DNA of 64,000 bases. Origin: an uncultured delta proteobacterium (lineage in GTDB: Bacteria; Desulfobacterota; Binatia; UBA9968). Positions 1 through 9,728 of the stretch are shown here, piece by piece. A program made the translations under genes and the position numbers. The stretch lies in contig CAVYTU010000019.1 in assembly GCA_963771465.1 (NCBI GenBank), positions 64,001 to 128,000 on the forward strand. Reading direction: 5' to 3'. The first letter of the stretch is position 1, and the number at the start of each line of letters is the position of its first letter. Under the pieces are notes generated by a model. It was not told the origin of the DNA. It was given only the letters and a program-made list of their open reading frames with translations, and searched no databases.

Positions 1-636
1 GTCGTCGCCGAAATCAAAAAAGGCAGAGAAGAGTGGATGGCGGAATGGATGCCGAAATTGAATTCCAACGAGAAGCCGATGACACCCTACCGCGTCATGT
101 GGGAGTTCATGAATTTGTTCGACCGTAAAGATGTCATCGTCACCCACGACGCCGGCAGCCCGCGCAACCAGCTCGTTCCCTTCTACCAAGCGCCGACGCC
201 GCGCAGTTATCTCGGCTGGGGCAAGTCCCACGCACTCGGCACCGGGCTCGGCTTGATCATCGGCGCCAAGCTCGCCGCACCGGAAAAGTTCTGTGTGAAT
301 TTCATGGGCGACGCCGCCTTCGGTATGACCGGCTTGGACTTCGAAACCGCCGTACGCAACAACATACCGACGCTGACGATTGTGCTGAATAATAATTTCA
401 TGGCGGCCGAAACCCACAGCATGCAAGCCTCCCACGAACGTTTTGGCACGATGAATATCCTCGGCAACTACGCCGACCTGGCAAAATCGCTGGGAGGTTG
501 GTCCGAGCGCGTGGAAGAAGCAGGACAAATCGTTCCTGCGCTTCAGCGCGCTCACAAAACAACTCAAGACGGCAAAGCCGCGCTGCTGGAATTTATCACC
601 AGCCGGGAAATCAATTATTCGCGCATGCGCGATTGA
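1..636 (+). CDS. Thiamine pyrophosphate-dependent enzyme (acetolactate synthase-like), 5' partial
   Basis: Frame is open from position 1; TPP-binding motif GDAAFGM...VLNN; HDAGSPR and LGWGKSHALG segments. Confidence 0.9.
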   Translation, partial: VVAEIKKGREEWMAEWMPKLNSNEKPMTPYRVMWEFMNLFDRKDVIVTHDAGSPRNQLVPFYQAPTPRSYLGWGKSHALGTGLGLIIGAKLAAPEKFCVNFMGDAAFGMTGLDFETAVRNNIPTLTIVLNNNFMAAETHSMQASHERFGTMNILGNYADLAKSLGGWSERVEEAGQIVPALQRAHKTTQDGKAALLEFITSREINYSRMRD

Positions 637-654
637 ACGTATTGACTTGGTGCG

Positions 655-1002
655 TTGAAATGTTTACGGATAGTGACCGTGGCACGGATTCTAATCAACT
701 TTCTTCTGGCTTTCAGTCTCATTCTCGGAGTTTCACCGATTAGTGCAGTGGCTTTGCACGAACAAAGCGAGCGATCGGCCGAATCCGAGCCCCCTCTCGA
801 ACGAGAGGAAGCAACGGCGCGGTCCGGCGCTTCCCGTGCGGCCTCGAAACGGGGTGGCAAACCCACCTTGGCCGATTTACCTCGCATATTTATTCTTATA
901 GCAGCGGCACCAAAATCCGTTCGTTCGCGATCGATGACGTTTACCATCGCTCCACGTTCCCAGCAAAATCTTCATCAGCTCCTCGGCGTGTTCCGTATCT
1001 AG
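655..1002 (+). CDS. Small signal-peptide-bearing protein, candidate leader peptide upstream of terC
   Basis: Hydrophobic N-terminus ILINFLLAFSLILGVSPISAVA, low-complexity middle, C-terminus LHQLLGVFRI; start codon uncertain. Confidence 0.55.
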   Translation: MKCLRIVTVARILINFLLAFSLILGVSPISAVALHEQSERSAESEPPLEREEATARSGASRAASKRGGKPTLADLPRIFILIAAAPKSVRSRSMTFTIAPRSQQNLHQLLGVFRI

Positions 1003-1006
1003 ACTC

Positions 1007-1084
1007 GTCTCCGGTAGTTTTAATTTCCGTTTTTCTCCGGCGCACTCGTGTGCCTAACTCAATCTTTTTTTTTGAAACGGAGAC
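1007..1084 (+). promoter_or_regulatory. Putative anti-Shine-Dalgarno structure over the terC RBS
   Basis: GTCTCCG (1007-1013) is the reverse complement of CGGAGAC (1078-1084, contains GGAG); TCCGTTT (1026-1032) pairs with AAACGGA (1075-1081). Confidence 0.4.
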
Positions 1085-1087
1085 CGT

Positions 1088-2383
1088 ATGGATTCGGACC
1101 GTCTAGTCCTGTGGATTGTTTTCAATATTTTCGTCCTTGGCATGCTCGCCCTCGATCTGGGAGTTTTTCACCGTAAGGCTCATGCGGTTTCAATGAAAGA
1201 AGCCGGCATCTGGAGCTGTGTTTGGATCAGCCTCGCGCTCGTCTTTAACTTGGGCGTTTATTACGTCTGGGGACAGGATAAGGCGATGGAGTTTTTGACC
1301 GGTTACGTCATCGAGAAGTCGCTGAGCGTCGACAATCTCTTCGTTTTTCTGATGATCTTTCAGTACTTCCACACCCCGGCCGAGTATCAGCACCGTATTC
1401 TGTTCTGGGGCATCGTCGGCGCACTGATTCTGCGCGCGATCTTCATCGCCACCGGCGCCGCGTTGCTGTCGAATTTTCATTGGATGATTTATGTCTTCGG
1501 CGGCTTTCTCGTCGTAACCGGGATCAAAATGCTGCTGCAGAGCGAAGAAAAGCTCGATCCGGAGAAAAACCCGGTGGTTCGGCTGTTTCAGCGCATGATA
1601 CCCGTGACCCATCGTTATCATGGTCAGAATTTTTTCATCTTTGAGGACGGTAAGAGACGGGCGACGCTGATGATGGTCGTCTTGATCGTCGTCGAGACTA
1701 CCGACGTCATCTTCGCGGTCGATTCGATACCAGCGATCTTCGCCATTACCCAGGACCCATTTATCGTCTACACCTCCAATGTCTTCGCCATTCTCGGCCT
1801 GCGCGCGCTTTATTTCATGCTCGCGGGAATCATGCAGATGTTTGTCTACTTGAAAGTCGGCCTGTCCTTCGTTCTATGCTTCGTCGGCACCAAGATGTTG
1901 CTGGTGGATGTTTACAAAATCCCCATCGGCGCATCGCTCGCTGTCATTGGCGGAGTTCTTCTGCTCTCGGTGCTCGCATCACTGATCGTGGCGCGTAAAG
2001 AGGTCGCGGCAGTGGCGCCGCCCACCAACCGGATAAAGCCAGACCGAGCGGTTCCACAGCGACCGGCGCGCCCATTCGCGCCGACCTATACAACCATTGG
2101 GCTCTCAGTTTTTTTTCTCGCCACGGTACTAACGCTGGTGAAGTGGGACGCCATCTCGCGCGGCCCCACCGGCCACGAAGCAATCACCGTGTTGCGGGTA
2201 GTCGAACGTGAAGTCGCGCAAGCCAAGTGGCAACACGCTAAAACCCACGGGGCGATACTACGCCGCGCCGACTCCACTCTTGAGCATGCCTGGATGAGGC
2301 TGGAGGAAAAGCGTTATCAAGACGCCATAACAACCGCGCAAAGCGCGGAAAAGCTAATCGAGAAACTAATCAGGAGGAATTAG
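1088..2383 (+). CDS. terC: TerC/Alx family membrane protein with a C-terminal extension
   Basis: IEKSLSVDNLFVF, ETTDVIFAVDSIPA and SNVFAILGLRALYF motifs; about 125 extra C-terminal residues. Confidence 0.9.
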   Translation: MDSDRLVLWIVFNIFVLGMLALDLGVFHRKAHAVSMKEAGIWSCVWISLALVFNLGVYYVWGQDKAMEFLTGYVIEKSLSVDNLFVFLMIFQYFHTPAEYQHRILFWGIVGALILRAIFIATGAALLSNFHWMIYVFGGFLVVTGIKMLLQSEEKLDPEKNPVVRLFQRMIPVTHRYHGQNFFIFEDGKRRATLMMVVLIVVETTDVIFAVDSIPAIFAITQDPFIVYTSNVFAILGLRALYFMLAGIMQMFVYLKVGLSFVLCFVGTKMLLVDVYKIPIGASLAVIGGVLLLSVLASLIVARKEVAAVAPPTNRIKPDRAVPQRPARPFAPTYTTIGLSVFFLATVLTLVKWDAISRGPTGHEAITVLRVVEREVAQAKWQHAKTHGAILRRADSTLEHAWMRLEEKRYQDAITTAQSAEKLIEKLIRRN

Positions 2384-2528
2384 CGAAGACGAGCGGGCAT
2401 TGGCAGAGCGCTCAATCACAACAATCGCGCTTACTACAAATTGAAAGTTCTGGGATTATCCCCTACCAAAGAATGGTGGATGCATTTTTTCGCCTGGCTT
2501 TCGCCGGTCTCGAAATGTTTTCCTGCGG

Positions 2529-3620
2529 CTAGACAACGACTCCATTGGCTTTTAGCGCGGCGTTGTACCGTTTCGGAATCTCCGAATCTTCCTGCTCATA
2601 GGGGATCAACCAGCCGCCTTCATCGACGCTACGGAAAACATCGTCGTCGGTTTTCTGATGCGAAACTTTGAATCCCAATGGATGGATGCGGCTGCCGTAG
2701 CGCACGGCGAGATGGCGCGCCGGTTCATTGCCGGTGTTGAAATGTTGATGAAACCAATCACCGGGCGGGCAATAGATGCTCGCTTCGCCCCATTGGATAT
2801 CGATCACTTCGTCTTCGTACCCGTCGGTGTACGGATGCATGCCCCACTGTTTGTGCCACAAGAGCACGTAACCCACCGATTGCGTGCCGACGATGATCGC
2901 CCCGGGCCCGTGATGATGCGCTTTGTGATATTTGCCCACAGGCCATTCGCCCAAGTGACCGACCAGCGCGTTGCCGGCCATTTCGAACTGCGCCAAGCGC
3001 AAACCGGCGCCTTTGACTTCGAGGCTCTCCAACATCGCCGACTTGATGTCGGGAATGAAATTGGTCTCCCAAATGTTGATCAGACCGCTGACGTAGCGCT
3101 TCTTGCCGACTTCGAAATAATCTTCTTCGCCATAGTAACGGTCCTTGAAACTGTACGGGCAATTGAAAACGAAATTCTCGTCGCGATAAATATCGAAAGC
3201 CAGCGGCGCATTGGTGACCGCGAGAAAGCGCACCGGCTCGCGGGAACCGTTGACCAAGCGATGCGTGGTGTTGAGCGGCGGCGCGAACAGACTCCATTTG
3301 TTCCACTCGAACATCTTCTTGTTGCCGTGGTCGTCCCACAGCTCGGTGGCGCCTTGACCGTTGAGAATGCAGATTACTTCCTCGTACAGATGACGCTCCG
3401 GATTGAGCGCGCCGCCGGGCGCAATCTCACCGATATAGCCGCCGGTGATTCCCTGCATGCCGTGCAGTTGAATGAACGCCGCCTTGCCGCCCATGCGCGC
3501 GTAGGGCGCGACATCCAGCGCGCGTAGATCCGCCATGCCATGGCCGGTATGAATCGGTAAGCCTTGATTTTTCATCCAGCGGACGTAACCGGTTTTTTGA
3601 TTGAGCGGCGCGATATCCAT
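2529..3620 (-). CDS. Bicupin protein
   Basis: PERHLYEEVI..L.GQG and KAHHHGPG...FHQHFN cupin motifs. Confidence 0.85.
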   Translation of the reverse strand: MDIAPLNQKTGYVRWMKNQGLPIHTGHGMADLRALDVAPYARMGGKAAFIQLHGMQGITGGYIGEIAPGGALNPERHLYEEVICILNGQGATELWDDHGNKKMFEWNKWSLFAPPLNTTHRLVNGSREPVRFLAVTNAPLAFDIYRDENFVFNCPYSFKDRYYGEEDYFEVGKKRYVSGLINIWETNFIPDIKSAMLESLEVKGAGLRLAQFEMAGNALVGHLGEWPVGKYHKAHHHGPGAIIVGTQSVGYVLLWHKQWGMHPYTDGYEDEVIDIQWGEASIYCPPGDWFHQHFNTGNEPARHLAVRYGSRIHPLGFKVSHQKTDDDVFRSVDEGGWLIPYEQEDSEIPKRYNAALKANGVVV

Positions 3621-3643
3621 CGTGATCTCCGATGTCCAACTTT

Positions 3644-4681
3644 CTATCCTTCGCCCTTATACCAAAACTCAGGATTGCTTTTGAAAATCTGTTTGGGAAT
3701 CTTGGCGTAGACGAGATTGACGATATCGACCGCTTCACCGATTCCCAAATCCACCGCCAGGCTCGACAGCGCGTAAGCGTCCGCCGCGCTCATGCCTTTT
3801 TCTTGTTGGAGAAAATCGACCGCTTCTTGAAGCGCGATGCGCGTCGCGACGTTGAGATCGACATCGAGGCCGGTGGTGAGATAATCGGTCGCCGTTTCTA
3901 CCCGCGGCTGCTTGATCGTCTTGCCCTTGTGGACGATGAATTGCAAAGTCGGTTTGAGCGAAATCTCGATGGCGCCGCCGTCGACTTCGCCGTCGCCCTG
4001 CACGGCGTGGCCGTCGCCGGTGAAAAATTGACCGCCCTTGTTGAACACCGGCAGAAACAACGACGCGCCGATGCCGGTGAATTTGAGATCGATATTACCA
4101 CCCCACGCGCCCGGCGGCGTCGAGGAAACCATGCCCAGACTGGTCGGCGGCGACACCGCCATGATGCCCATAAAAGGATTGAGCGGAATCTCGATCTCAT
4201 TTGAAAACAGCGCCACGCGCCGCTCGAGATCGATGCGAATCAACTTCGCCGCCGGCGCTTTGAGCAGCTTCGGCAATACGCCTTTGCCCGGCCCGGTGTT
4301 ATTTACGCCGTAAGGCACGCGAAACTTGATATCGTGCACACGCACTTCAAGCGTATCGCCCGGCTCCGCGCCGTCGATGTAAATCGGCCCGGTGAGAATA
4401 TGTACGCTCGCCCCCTTGGGCCGCTTTACTTCCGCATAAACGACCTTAGCGTCGGGCAAGACTTCGTGGTTGGCAATGCCGTAGGCGCTGAAAAACTTCT
4501 CCGGGTTGTTGTTAGTCGTCAACCCTTGATGCGACAGCGCCTCGATCTCGACGATCTGCCCGGGCATTATCGTTAGAGCCGGCGGCAAATTCGCCGCGAT
4601 GTAGCCCCACAAAACAGTATCCGGAGTCGACTTCAAAGTTGCATCGGACGTGATGGGTTTGCTCATGGCGGATTCGCTCAT
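3644..4681 (-). CDS. Acetamidase/formamidase family protein
   Basis: HILTGPIYIDGAEPGD, GGNID and GDGHAVQGDGEV motifs; start moved to ATG 4681 with AGAGG upstream. Confidence 0.9.
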   Translation of the reverse strand: MSESAMSKPITSDATLKSTPDTVLWGYIAANLPPALTIMPGQIVEIEALSHQGLTTNNNPEKFFSAYGIANHEVLPDAKVVYAEVKRPKGASVHILTGPIYIDGAEPGDTLEVRVHDIKFRVPYGVNNTGPGKGVLPKLLKAPAAKLIRIDLERRVALFSNEIEIPLNPFMGIMAVSPPTSLGMVSSTPPGAWGGNIDLKFTGIGASLFLPVFNKGGQFFTGDGHAVQGDGEVDGGAIEISLKPTLQFIVHKGKTIKQPRVETATDYLTTGLDVDLNVATRIALQEAVDFLQQEKGMSAADAYALSSLAVDLGIGEAVDIVNLVYAKIPKQIFKSNPEFWYKGEG

Positions 4682-4810
4682 GGGTTGCCTCTTCTGCGCA
4701 TGACCGTATCCGATCAAATCGAAGACTGTCAATGCGGCACTAATCGGATTAAATGAAAAAGGCGGCGAAGCATGAATGCTCCACCGCCCTTTTACGTATT
4801 GAAATGCCAA

Positions 4811-5557
4811 TCAATCGCGGATCGCCAGCGCGCCGCCATCCACCGGCAGATCGATCGCGTAGATAAACTCCGACTCATCGGAGACCAGAAACACCACGGC
4901 CTTGGCGATATCCATCGGCAGGCCGCGCCGTCCAGCGAGATTTTTGACGAAACGGTTTTCCGGAATATCCTGCTGACCGACGGGAGAGCCGATGCGATTG
5001 GGCGAAACCGAATTGACGCGAATGCCTTCGGGCGCCAGCTGCACCGCGATGGAGCGCGTCAGATTCAACACGCCGGCTTTCGCGGTCGTATACGCCGTCG
5101 CCTCTTTCCTGCCCCAGTGGCCCGACGTCGACGCCACGTTGACGATCCGGCCTTTGCGCTTTTGATCGATCATCACTTTGGCCGCCGCGCGAGTGCAATA
5201 CCACACGCTGCGCATACACACGTTCATCGTCCGGTCCCACTCCTCTTCAGTGATATCGAAGAGCGTTTTGTGATCGGTCCATGCCGCGTTGTTGACCAAA
5301 ATATCGACACCGCCGAATTGTTTCACTACGGTTTGCACCATGGCGTCGACCGACGCCGCGTTGGCCACATCACACACCACCGAGATCGCTTTGCCGGGAT
5401 TGTTCGCGTTTATTTCGCCCGCCACTTTGCTCCCTCGCCCTGGATCTAAATCGACCACAGCGACCTTTGCGCCTTCATCGACAAATAGTTTGCTCACATC
5501 TTCGCCAATATTGCGGCCCGCGCCGGTGACGATGGCGACTTGATCTTTGAGTCTCAT
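4811..5557 (-). CDS. Classical short-chain dehydrogenase/reductase
   Basis: TGAGRNIG, NNAA and YTTAK motifs; GGAGG before ATG 5557. Confidence 0.92.
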   Translation of the reverse strand: MRLKDQVAIVTGAGRNIGEDVSKLFVDEGAKVAVVDLDPGRGSKVAGEINANNPGKAISVVCDVANAASVDAMVQTVVKQFGGVDILVNNAAWTDHKTLFDITEEEWDRTMNVCMRSVWYCTRAAAKVMIDQKRKGRIVNVASTSGHWGRKEATAYTTAKAGVLNLTRSIAVQLAPEGIRVNSVSPNRIGSPVGQQDIPENRFVKNLAGRRGLPMDIAKAVVFLVSDESEFIYAIDLPVDGGALAIRD

Positions 5558-5936
5558 GGGTTCCTCCAAAACAAATTCTTGCTTGCTGCATAGCAGAAGC
5601 CTGACCAAAGTTCCACCCAGCGAAACTCGTCGTTGCGAGCAACTAAAACCCAGGAGGGTGAACGCAGATAATGGAAGACCGCGCGATGGCGAAGCGAATT
5701 CGTCGGCTAAGGATGATTTACTCTACGAGGAAAACTCATGACGCTGTGTTGATCGAGGGGCGACAATGGAGGAACGAAGGCACTGGCGCGAATGTTTCAT
5801 TTTGTGTTCGGCACTCGGCACGATGTTTGAACCTTTTGACTGCTGATCTCACAAGCAACTTACCCGCTTGCAGCATCAAGGCAGAACAGCTTTGCCTTCG
5901 TTCCAGAAGGGTTGCACCTCGATCGCAGTTTTACCG

Positions 5937-6962
5937 CTAGAGGCTAACTTTCTCGATGTAGAGGTCTTTGAGAAATTTGCTGTTCTTAAGCTCTTCGAAG
6001 AAACGCGGCTCGATGATATCGGCCGGTTTGAGCTTGTTGGCGCGCTGATCGGCGGTCGCGCTCACGTCGATCAGAGCTTGGAGCGCTTCACTATTCAACT
6101 CGGGCAAAGGCCTTAGCTGCGCCGAAAAGGCGTCATACATTGAGTCCACGCTCACGCCTTGGTTGCCTGGAAAATATTTTTTCAAGATCGCCAGACTTTC
6201 ACTCCGCTTGGAAACGAAATATTGAATCGCCGCGGCGTAGCCTTTCATGAAGCGGCGCACAGTTTCCTCGTCGCGCTTGATCAAAGAACGAGTCGTGAGT
6301 AAAAGGTCGGTCGCCATGGGCACCGATTTCACATCGAGCACTTTGATACCGATCTTCTGCGCTTCGGAAATCAGCCCCTCGCCGAAGGGCGCGCCTTGCA
6401 CCAAGTTCTTCGTCAAGGCAGCCGCCCGAGCCGGCGCCAGGCCCGCCGCAACCATTTCGACATCCTTCGATGGGTCCAAACCCGCGCGCCGCAAAATCAC
6501 CCGCGCGATGAGATCGGAACGCGCACCCAGCGCTGACACGCCGATCTTTTTGCCTTTCAAATCTTTCACGGCGTCGATGGCCGAGCCGACACCCATGCCG
6601 TACTGATCGAAGCTCACATGGGAGCCGATCAGAATCAGGTCTGCGCCTGTGATAATGGGTTGGAGAACCGCCAAAGGGCTGCCGAATCCGATGAGCACAT
6701 CGACCCCCATCAATGACTGCACCCCGGCGGAAAAAGTATCGCGAATCGGCAGTTCTTCCACCTCGACACCGTGTTGCTTGAACAGACCGCCATCGACGCC
6801 GATGTAAGCGACCGCCGTACCGATCTCCCAGCCGGCATATGCCAAACGTAATTTCTTCGGGCCTTCCGCACCCTCAACCAAAGCCGCGCCGATAAAATGC
6901 GCAGCAATCACCAAACCCAAGCTGAACAGTAATCGGCGACGCCGGAGTCGTGAATAAAGCAT
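5937..6962 (-). CDS. ABC substrate-binding protein, SsuA/NMT1-THI5-like
   Basis: Signal-like N-terminus, GLFKQHGVEVE and DLKGKKIGVS; start uncertain. Confidence 0.85.
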   Translation of the reverse strand: MLYSRLRRRRLLFSLGLVIAAHFIGAALVEGAEGPKKLRLAYAGWEIGTAVAYIGVDGGLFKQHGVEVEELPIRDTFSAGVQSLMGVDVLIGFGSPLAVLQPIITGADLILIGSHVSFDQYGMGVGSAIDAVKDLKGKKIGVSALGARSDLIARVILRRAGLDPSKDVEMVAAGLAPARAAALTKNLVQGAPFGEGLISEAQKIGIKVLDVKSVPMATDLLLTTRSLIKRDEETVRRFMKGYAAAIQYFVSKRSESLAILKKYFPGNQGVSVDSMYDAFSAQLRPLPELNSEALQALIDVSATADQRANKLKPADIIEPRFFEELKNSKFLKDLYIEKVSL

Positions 6963-7238
6963 GCGTAAGCATAACCCACATTTATCGTGGTCCGCAAACA
7001 CCCGCCGCGCAAAAATCCAATGCCGCGAATTTTTCATTGACATGCTCGCGACCTATAGCCTACATTGCCGCTAGATAAATGGCCTTAACCGCCCATTGGC
7101 GCTTTCAACATATCTCCTACGGCGGCACCAAACGAAACATCGGCATCAACTCTGGCATCGCGCTCTTCGTTCTTTCCTACTTTCTCAATTGATTTCCCGC
7201 GGCGCTCGTCCGCCGGTCTCAACGCGGAGTGATGGCGG

Positions 7239-8195
7239 TTATTTAAAATCCCGGTCATCCACCCGATCGCTAGCTAAGCAACGAGGTAGTTCTGGAAATG
7301 CTTCGAGCAGCGAATGCGGCGCACGGATTTGATCACTCGAAAGCAGTGCCCCTTGCAGCATCAATGCGTTGGCGACCGCTTGGCCACGCGCATGGTTGTT
7401 GAAAAATGCGTAGAATCTCGACTGCGGCGACTTGCCGGCGAGTTGTCGCAGCTTGGCCGTAAGCCGGTGGATATTTTCTTCTGGGTATAAGTAATCGTAT
7501 CTTTCCCACGCATTCTGATGGTGCCACCATTTTTCAGAATTGCGGCCATGCAGGCGCAGATACGTCAACTCGCCCGTCGCCGCGAGTTCTTGCTTGACTG
7601 AAGTTGGAAACTTTGGCTCATCGATGAAAACCCAGGTCGTGCGCAAACGCGCGAGCAATGCTTCCGTCGCATCATGATGATCGCTCCAACTGCGGTGACG
7701 CAGCTCGACGACCTTGGGACAAATCTCGAAAGACGACAGCAGCGTTTCCGGCCGGTCAATGTTCTCCGCCGTGTAGACGAATCCCGCCGGAAATTGAAAC
7801 AACAACGCGCCAAGCCGGCCGCCTTCAACCAGCGGCGCGACGCCGTCGTGAAATCGATCGACGTCGGCGCGCTCGACGGGCGCCCAACGCTCGCCGTCCC
7901 TCGTGCCGCTACCGAGTTTCGCGGCGTGAGTAAATTTCTGCCAAGCTTTGACGGTGAAGACGAAATCGGCCGGCGTCCGGCTCACCCAACCGCGCGCCAT
8001 CGCCGCGCTGACCGGGTGGTAAAAGGTCGAATTGATTTCGACGGCATTGAAATAGGTCGCATAAAATTCCAATGCATCGACGCGCTTGGCGCCGCCTTTA
8101 GGGTAGAACACGCCGTTCCAACCGTTCGGCGGCGCGCCGGGGTAAGCATAGCCGCAAGTGCCGATGTGAAATCGATTGTGGGTTTCGCTAGCCAT
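7239..8195 (-). CDS. DUF72 family protein
   Basis: IGTCGYAY, VEINSTFY, LLFQFP, VELRH, YLRLHGR, YDYLY and FFNNH motifs. Confidence 0.92.
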   Translation of the reverse strand: MASETHNRFHIGTCGYAYPGAPPNGWNGVFYPKGGAKRVDALEFYATYFNAVEINSTFYHPVSAAMARGWVSRTPADFVFTVKAWQKFTHAAKLGSGTRDGERWAPVERADVDRFHDGVAPLVEGGRLGALLFQFPAGFVYTAENIDRPETLLSSFEICPKVVELRHRSWSDHHDATEALLARLRTTWVFIDEPKFPTSVKQELAATGELTYLRLHGRNSEKWWHHQNAWERYDYLYPEENIHRLTAKLRQLAGKSPQSRFYAFFNNHARGQAVANALMLQGALLSSDQIRAPHSLLEAFPELPRCLASDRVDDRDFK

Positions 8196-8354
8196 GATAG
8201 CGCTGAGATCAGCGCTAGTTTAACCCAGATTTTGACGGATTCTAACCGCCCAACCTCGGCTCCAGAATTTGCAACCCTCTAAGAATTCATCTAGGATAAT
8301 TAGGTCTTCACACCCGTTATAATTCCGTTCGAGACCTTTAGGAGGATTGGTTTC

Positions 8355-9167
8355 ATGGCAACGATGATCGCCAATGATTGTATCAACTGCGGCGCGTGCG
8401 AGCCCGAGTGTCCCAACAATGCGATCTCGCAAGGCGACCCGATTTTTGTCATCGACCCCGTGCTATGCACCGAATGCGTCGGCTTTCACGACTACGAAGC
8501 CTGCGCCGCGGTTTGTCCCGTGGACGTTTGCATCACCGACCCCAACAATATCGAATCCGAAGAGGTGCTGATAGCCCGCGCGCGTTCGCTTCATCCGGAA
8601 ACCAATTTCGGCGACAGCTTTGAATCCCGCTTTCGCAAAGGCGAAGGCAAAGCCGCGCCGGCGAGCGCGGCAGCGCAAACACCGGGATCACCGGCACCCG
8701 GCAGCGCCGCGGCTGCGCCAGTGTCTACCGGCGCGGTTTCCGAATTCGTCGAAGCCGATGTCAATTACGTCGAGCTGCCGCCGATCGATTCATGGAACAT
8801 CCCCATGCGCTGCTACAAGTGCAACCAGGTGCATGAGGAAAACGTCAAGAATTTCATGATCGGCAACGTCATCTTCTGCCCGCACTGCCACAAGTCGACG
8901 TTCATTCGCGACAATTTGAATTATCACATTCGTACCTTGCTCAAGGACGCATACGAGAGGTGGGATAAACAACAGTCCGAATTCGCCCAACGGCGTGAGC
9001 GCGAGCGAATAGAATTCATGGAGAGGCGCGCCAAGGACGCCGAGGCGTTCGAAAATCGACAAAAACGCGATCTGCAGACCATTCGCCAAGAGCTCGACAC
9101 CATCGGCGACCAATACGACGCCGCCGGCAAGCCCTATAAGAAGGGTTCAAGTTTCAGCTGGGGTTGA
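8355..9167 (+). CDS. YfhL-type 2[4Fe-4S] ferredoxin fused to a zinc ribbon and coiled coil
   Basis: CINCGACEPECP and CTECVG..CAAVCP; later CYKC...CPHC and a charged helical tail; AGGAGG RBS. Confidence 0.88.
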   Translation: MATMIANDCINCGACEPECPNNAISQGDPIFVIDPVLCTECVGFHDYEACAAVCPVDVCITDPNNIESEEVLIARARSLHPETNFGDSFESRFRKGEGKAAPASAAAQTPGSPAPGSAAAAPVSTGAVSEFVEADVNYVELPPIDSWNIPMRCYKCNQVHEENVKNFMIGNVIFCPHCHKSTFIRDNLNYHIRTLLKDAYERWDKQQSEFAQRRERERIEFMERRAKDAEAFENRQKRDLQTIRQELDTIGDQYDAAGKPYKKGSSFSWG

Positions 9168-9178
9168 TCCGTCACCCC

Positions 9179-9652
9179 ATGCTCTACTCATGGCTTCACC
9201 TCATCGCCCTAATCGTTTATCTCGGCGCAGTCATCGGTTTTTGGCTGATGCTGTTACCCTCCGTCACTGTTCTCGAAACCCACGACGAGAAACTGCGCTT
9301 TCTTGCCCGCGGGCTAAAATTTTATAATCCGCTGCAAGTCGGTGCCCTCGGCATCATTCTTTTCACCGGCGCGTTTCAGTTGACCGAACTCAAAGCCGCT
9401 TATCGTGAGACTTTTGTTCAACATCTGGCCTTCAAGCTCAGCATCAAGCTGCTGTTCGCGTTTCTCCTGGTCATTTTTAGCGTTTATCAAGCTCTCGGCG
9501 TCGGCCACCGCTTCGTCAAGCGAGTCGAAGGCGGCGATGAGGTGAAGCCAGAAGAGCTCGCGTCGATTATCCGCCGCTTGACCAGCGCTAACTGGCTGAT
9601 TCTAATTTTCGCGGCGATTACTTTGTGGCTCGGCTTACGGCTGCGCTCATAG
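9179..9652 (+). CDS. Four-TM membrane protein, CopD/DUF2269-like
   Basis: WLHLIALIVYLG, ILFTG and IKLLF pattern across four hydrophobic segments. Confidence 0.65.
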   Translation: MLYSWLHLIALIVYLGAVIGFWLMLLPSVTVLETHDEKLRFLARGLKFYNPLQVGALGIILFTGAFQLTELKAAYRETFVQHLAFKLSIKLLFAFLLVIFSVYQALGVGHRFVKRVEGGDEVKPEELASIIRRLTSANWLILIFAAITLWLGLRLRS

Positions 9653-9728
9653 TCTAATCACTGGAAAGTCGATTTGTTTTGGTGCTATGAAGCCTTAGCG
9701 CCGCATTAACTCACGAGAGGAATATTCA

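Noticed and set aside
2658-3527. Long antisense ORFs (also 10601-11629, 19823-20827, 20700-21596, 24101-25153, 55261-56037, 61026-61883)
   Set aside because: These are shadows of well-supported genes in GC-rich DNA, with no recognisable motifs
5671-5940. 89-aa ORF with an upstream AGGAGG
   Set aside because: No recognisable motif, SD spacing is long, and the composition is unconvincing
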